Origin: Candidatus Bathyarchaeota archaeon
GTDB taxonomy: Archaea; Thermoproteota; Bathyarchaeia; Bathyarchaeales; Bathycorpusculaceae
Assembly (NCBI GenBank): GCA_963767735.1
Contig: CAVYES010000006.1
Location: 416,001 to 480,000 of the forward strand
Length of the DNA: 64,000 bases
Reading direction: 5' to 3'
Below are positions 62,299-64,000 of the stretch, piece after piece (position 1 is the first letter of the stretch; each line of letters starts with the position of its first letter). Below the pieces are notes generated by a model. It was not told where the DNA came from, searched no databases, and saw nothing but the letters and a program-made list of their open reading frames with translations. Made by a program: the position numbers and the translations under genes.

Positions 62299-63358
62299 AA
62301 ATTTTCTTGAAGAAAAAGCACCCTTAATCGACAAAGCAATCGAAAAGTACATACCGCGAAGCTTCACCAAAGATGCGCTACTGTTCAAGGTTAATCCGCC
62401 AATGTACAGCTACAACTTAGAACCCTTAAACAAAACAGTTGCAGAGCCCATCTGGGACATGCTGGACCGTGGCGGAAAAAGGTGGCGTCCAGCGCTTTTT
62501 CTGCTGATTTGCGAAGCCTTAGGTAAAGACTCCGATTACTGTTTAGACTTCTCCATTATCCCCGAAGTCATCCATAACGGAACGCTTGTTATCGATGACA
62601 TTGAAGATTCCTCAAAACTGCGCCGAGGCAAACCATGCACATACAAAATCTTCCAAATGGACATCGCCGTTAACGCTGGAAACGCCATGTATTACCTGCC
62701 GCTTCTTCCGTTAATGGCGCAAAAAGCAAAACTTACACCTGAAATAGAACGTGACATATACGAGGTTTACGTGCAGGAAATGATTAACCTCAGCATGGGG
62801 CAAGCCATGGACATTGCATGGCACAGGGGAATCGCAAACGCTGATAAGTTAGATGAAGAGGATTACCTGCAGATGTGCGCATACAAAACAGGCACCCTTG
62901 CACGTATGTCAGCCAAAATAGCGGCTGTAATGGCAGGCGCCAACAAGCCGCTGGTTGAAAAGCTGGGGCGTTTCGCTGAAAGCATCGGTGTTGCCTTCCA
63001 AATGCAGGATGATATTTTAGATGTAACTGGTGTGGAGTTCGCCAAGAAGAAAGGCGGCTTTGGGCAAGATATTACTGAGGGCAAAAGAAGCTTAATGGTT
63101 ATTTACACGCTGAAAAAGGCAAATAGCAACGACAAGAAACGGCTACTTGAAATTCTCAATATGCACACTTCTGACCAAGCCCTAAGAGATGAAGCAATAG
63201 CTTTGATGCAGAAATACAACGCGGTTGAACATGTTAAGCGTACGGCAGAGCGGATTGTCGAGGAAAGCTGGGGTGAAGCTGAAAAGCTTTTGCCCACGCC
63301 TGAAGCTAAGGAAAAATTAAAACAGTTCGCCGAATTCTTGATTAAAAGAAACAAGTAA
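62288..63358 (+). CDS. Polyprenyl (GGPP) synthase
   Basis: GGKRWRP, DDIED...RRG, KTG and FQMQDDILD. Confidence 0.92.
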   Translation: MNIENFLEEKAPLIDKAIEKYIPRSFTKDALLFKVNPPMYSYNLEPLNKTVAEPIWDMLDRGGKRWRPALFLLICEALGKDSDYCLDFSIIPEVIHNGTLVIDDIEDSSKLRRGKPCTYKIFQMDIAVNAGNAMYYLPLLPLMAQKAKLTPEIERDIYEVYVQEMINLSMGQAMDIAWHRGIANADKLDEEDYLQMCAYKTGTLARMSAKIAAVMAGANKPLVEKLGRFAESIGVAFQMQDDILDVTGVEFAKKKGGFGQDITEGKRSLMVIYTLKKANSNDKKRLLEILNMHTSDQALRDEAIALMQKYNAVEHVKRTAERIVEESWGEAEKLLPTPEAKEKLKQFAEFLIKRNK

Positions 63359-63380
63359 AATTTCAGCGAGCGTAAAAAAT

Positions 63381-64000
63381 TTGTCGTTTGAAAATGACAC
63401 TGAACTTAAAGAGCTTATTCGCAAAGCTGCGCTGCTTAATGCGGTTTCGCATGACGGCAAAGCCCAAGCAGGCGCTATGGTGGGCAAAGTTCTTGGTGAA
63501 AGACAAGACCTTCGAACCAAAGCAAAAGAGCTCTCAAGCATAATTAACAAAATCGTAAATGAAGTAAACAGCCTCTCCACGGCAGAGCAGAAAGCGATTG
63601 TGGAGAAAAATTGGCCTGAAACCCAGAAGAAAGAGAAGGCTGAAGAAAAACGTTTATCGCCGTTGCCTAACGCGGATAAGTATTCTCAGATAGTGACACG
63701 GTTCTCTCCTAACCCTGACTGCGTATTGCATTTGGGTTCAGCAAGAGCCATAATCCTTAGCCACGAATACGCCCGTATGTACAACGGCAAATTCATTCTG
63801 CGCTTCGAAGACACGGACCCAAAAATCAAAAGACCCTCACTCGTTTTCTATGATAGTATCAGGCAAGATTTGAAGTGGCTTGGCTGCAAAGTCGACGAAG
63901 AATACATCCAAAGCGACCGATTACCCATTTATTATGAATACACGGAACGGCTAATGCGAGACGGCAACGCCTACGTTTGTGAATGCCCGCCTGAAGAATT
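63381..64000 (+). CDS. gltX: Glutamyl-tRNA synthetase (partial, runs off the window)
   Basis: KAALLNAVSHDGKA, RFSPNPDCVLHLGSARA (HIGH-like), LRFEDTDP, QSDR and AYVCEC. Confidence 0.93.
   Translation, partial: MSFENDTELKELIRKAALLNAVSHDGKAQAGAMVGKVLGERQDLRTKAKELSSIINKIVNEVNSLSTAEQKAIVEKNWPETQKKEKAEEKRLSPLPNADKYSQIVTRFSPNPDCVLHLGSARAIILSHEYARMYNGKFILRFEDTDPKIKRPSLVFYDSIRQDLKWLGCKVDEEYIQSDRLPIYYEYTERLMRDGNAYVCECPPEE

Overview
Archaeal chromosomal window. The gene set (thermosome, TrmY, Cgi121, ABCE1, topoisomerase VI, aIF5B, SAMP, archaeal-type mevalonate pathway) and gene style fit the TACK group, most likely Bathyarchaeia; this is inference. Housekeeping genes include trxB, thermosome, thiL, trmY, ABCE1, top6B/A, aIF5B and the eno-rps2-MEMO1-mvk-ubiD-acnX...ipk-fni-GGPPS-gltX cluster. 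These alternate with accessory stretches carrying toxin-antitoxin modules, tRNA-Thr(CGU), a crcB gene with a fluoride riboswitch, and surface proteins. The best candidate for an undescribed system is 21445-29490. There an HTH regulator with a C-x2-C-x5-C tail is followed by four membrane-anchored surface proteins with different extracellular domains, all starting with the leader MG(L/I)xxR(F/L)xDFRxWCPxPP. A fifth, dead leader follows, and several junctions also carry a decayed copy of the regulator's 3' end. Also notable are a three-unit super-repeat, each unit holding a different 10-bp-period array ending in CAACCTGCAA (29990-30560), and a pilin/roadblock/HAMP cluster (13582-18218). Several small ORFs and RNA hairpins were missed by the ORF track. 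Single-base frameshifts occur even in essential genes (top6B), so indel errors in the assembly are likely. No database searches were run; family names are recognised from motifs.
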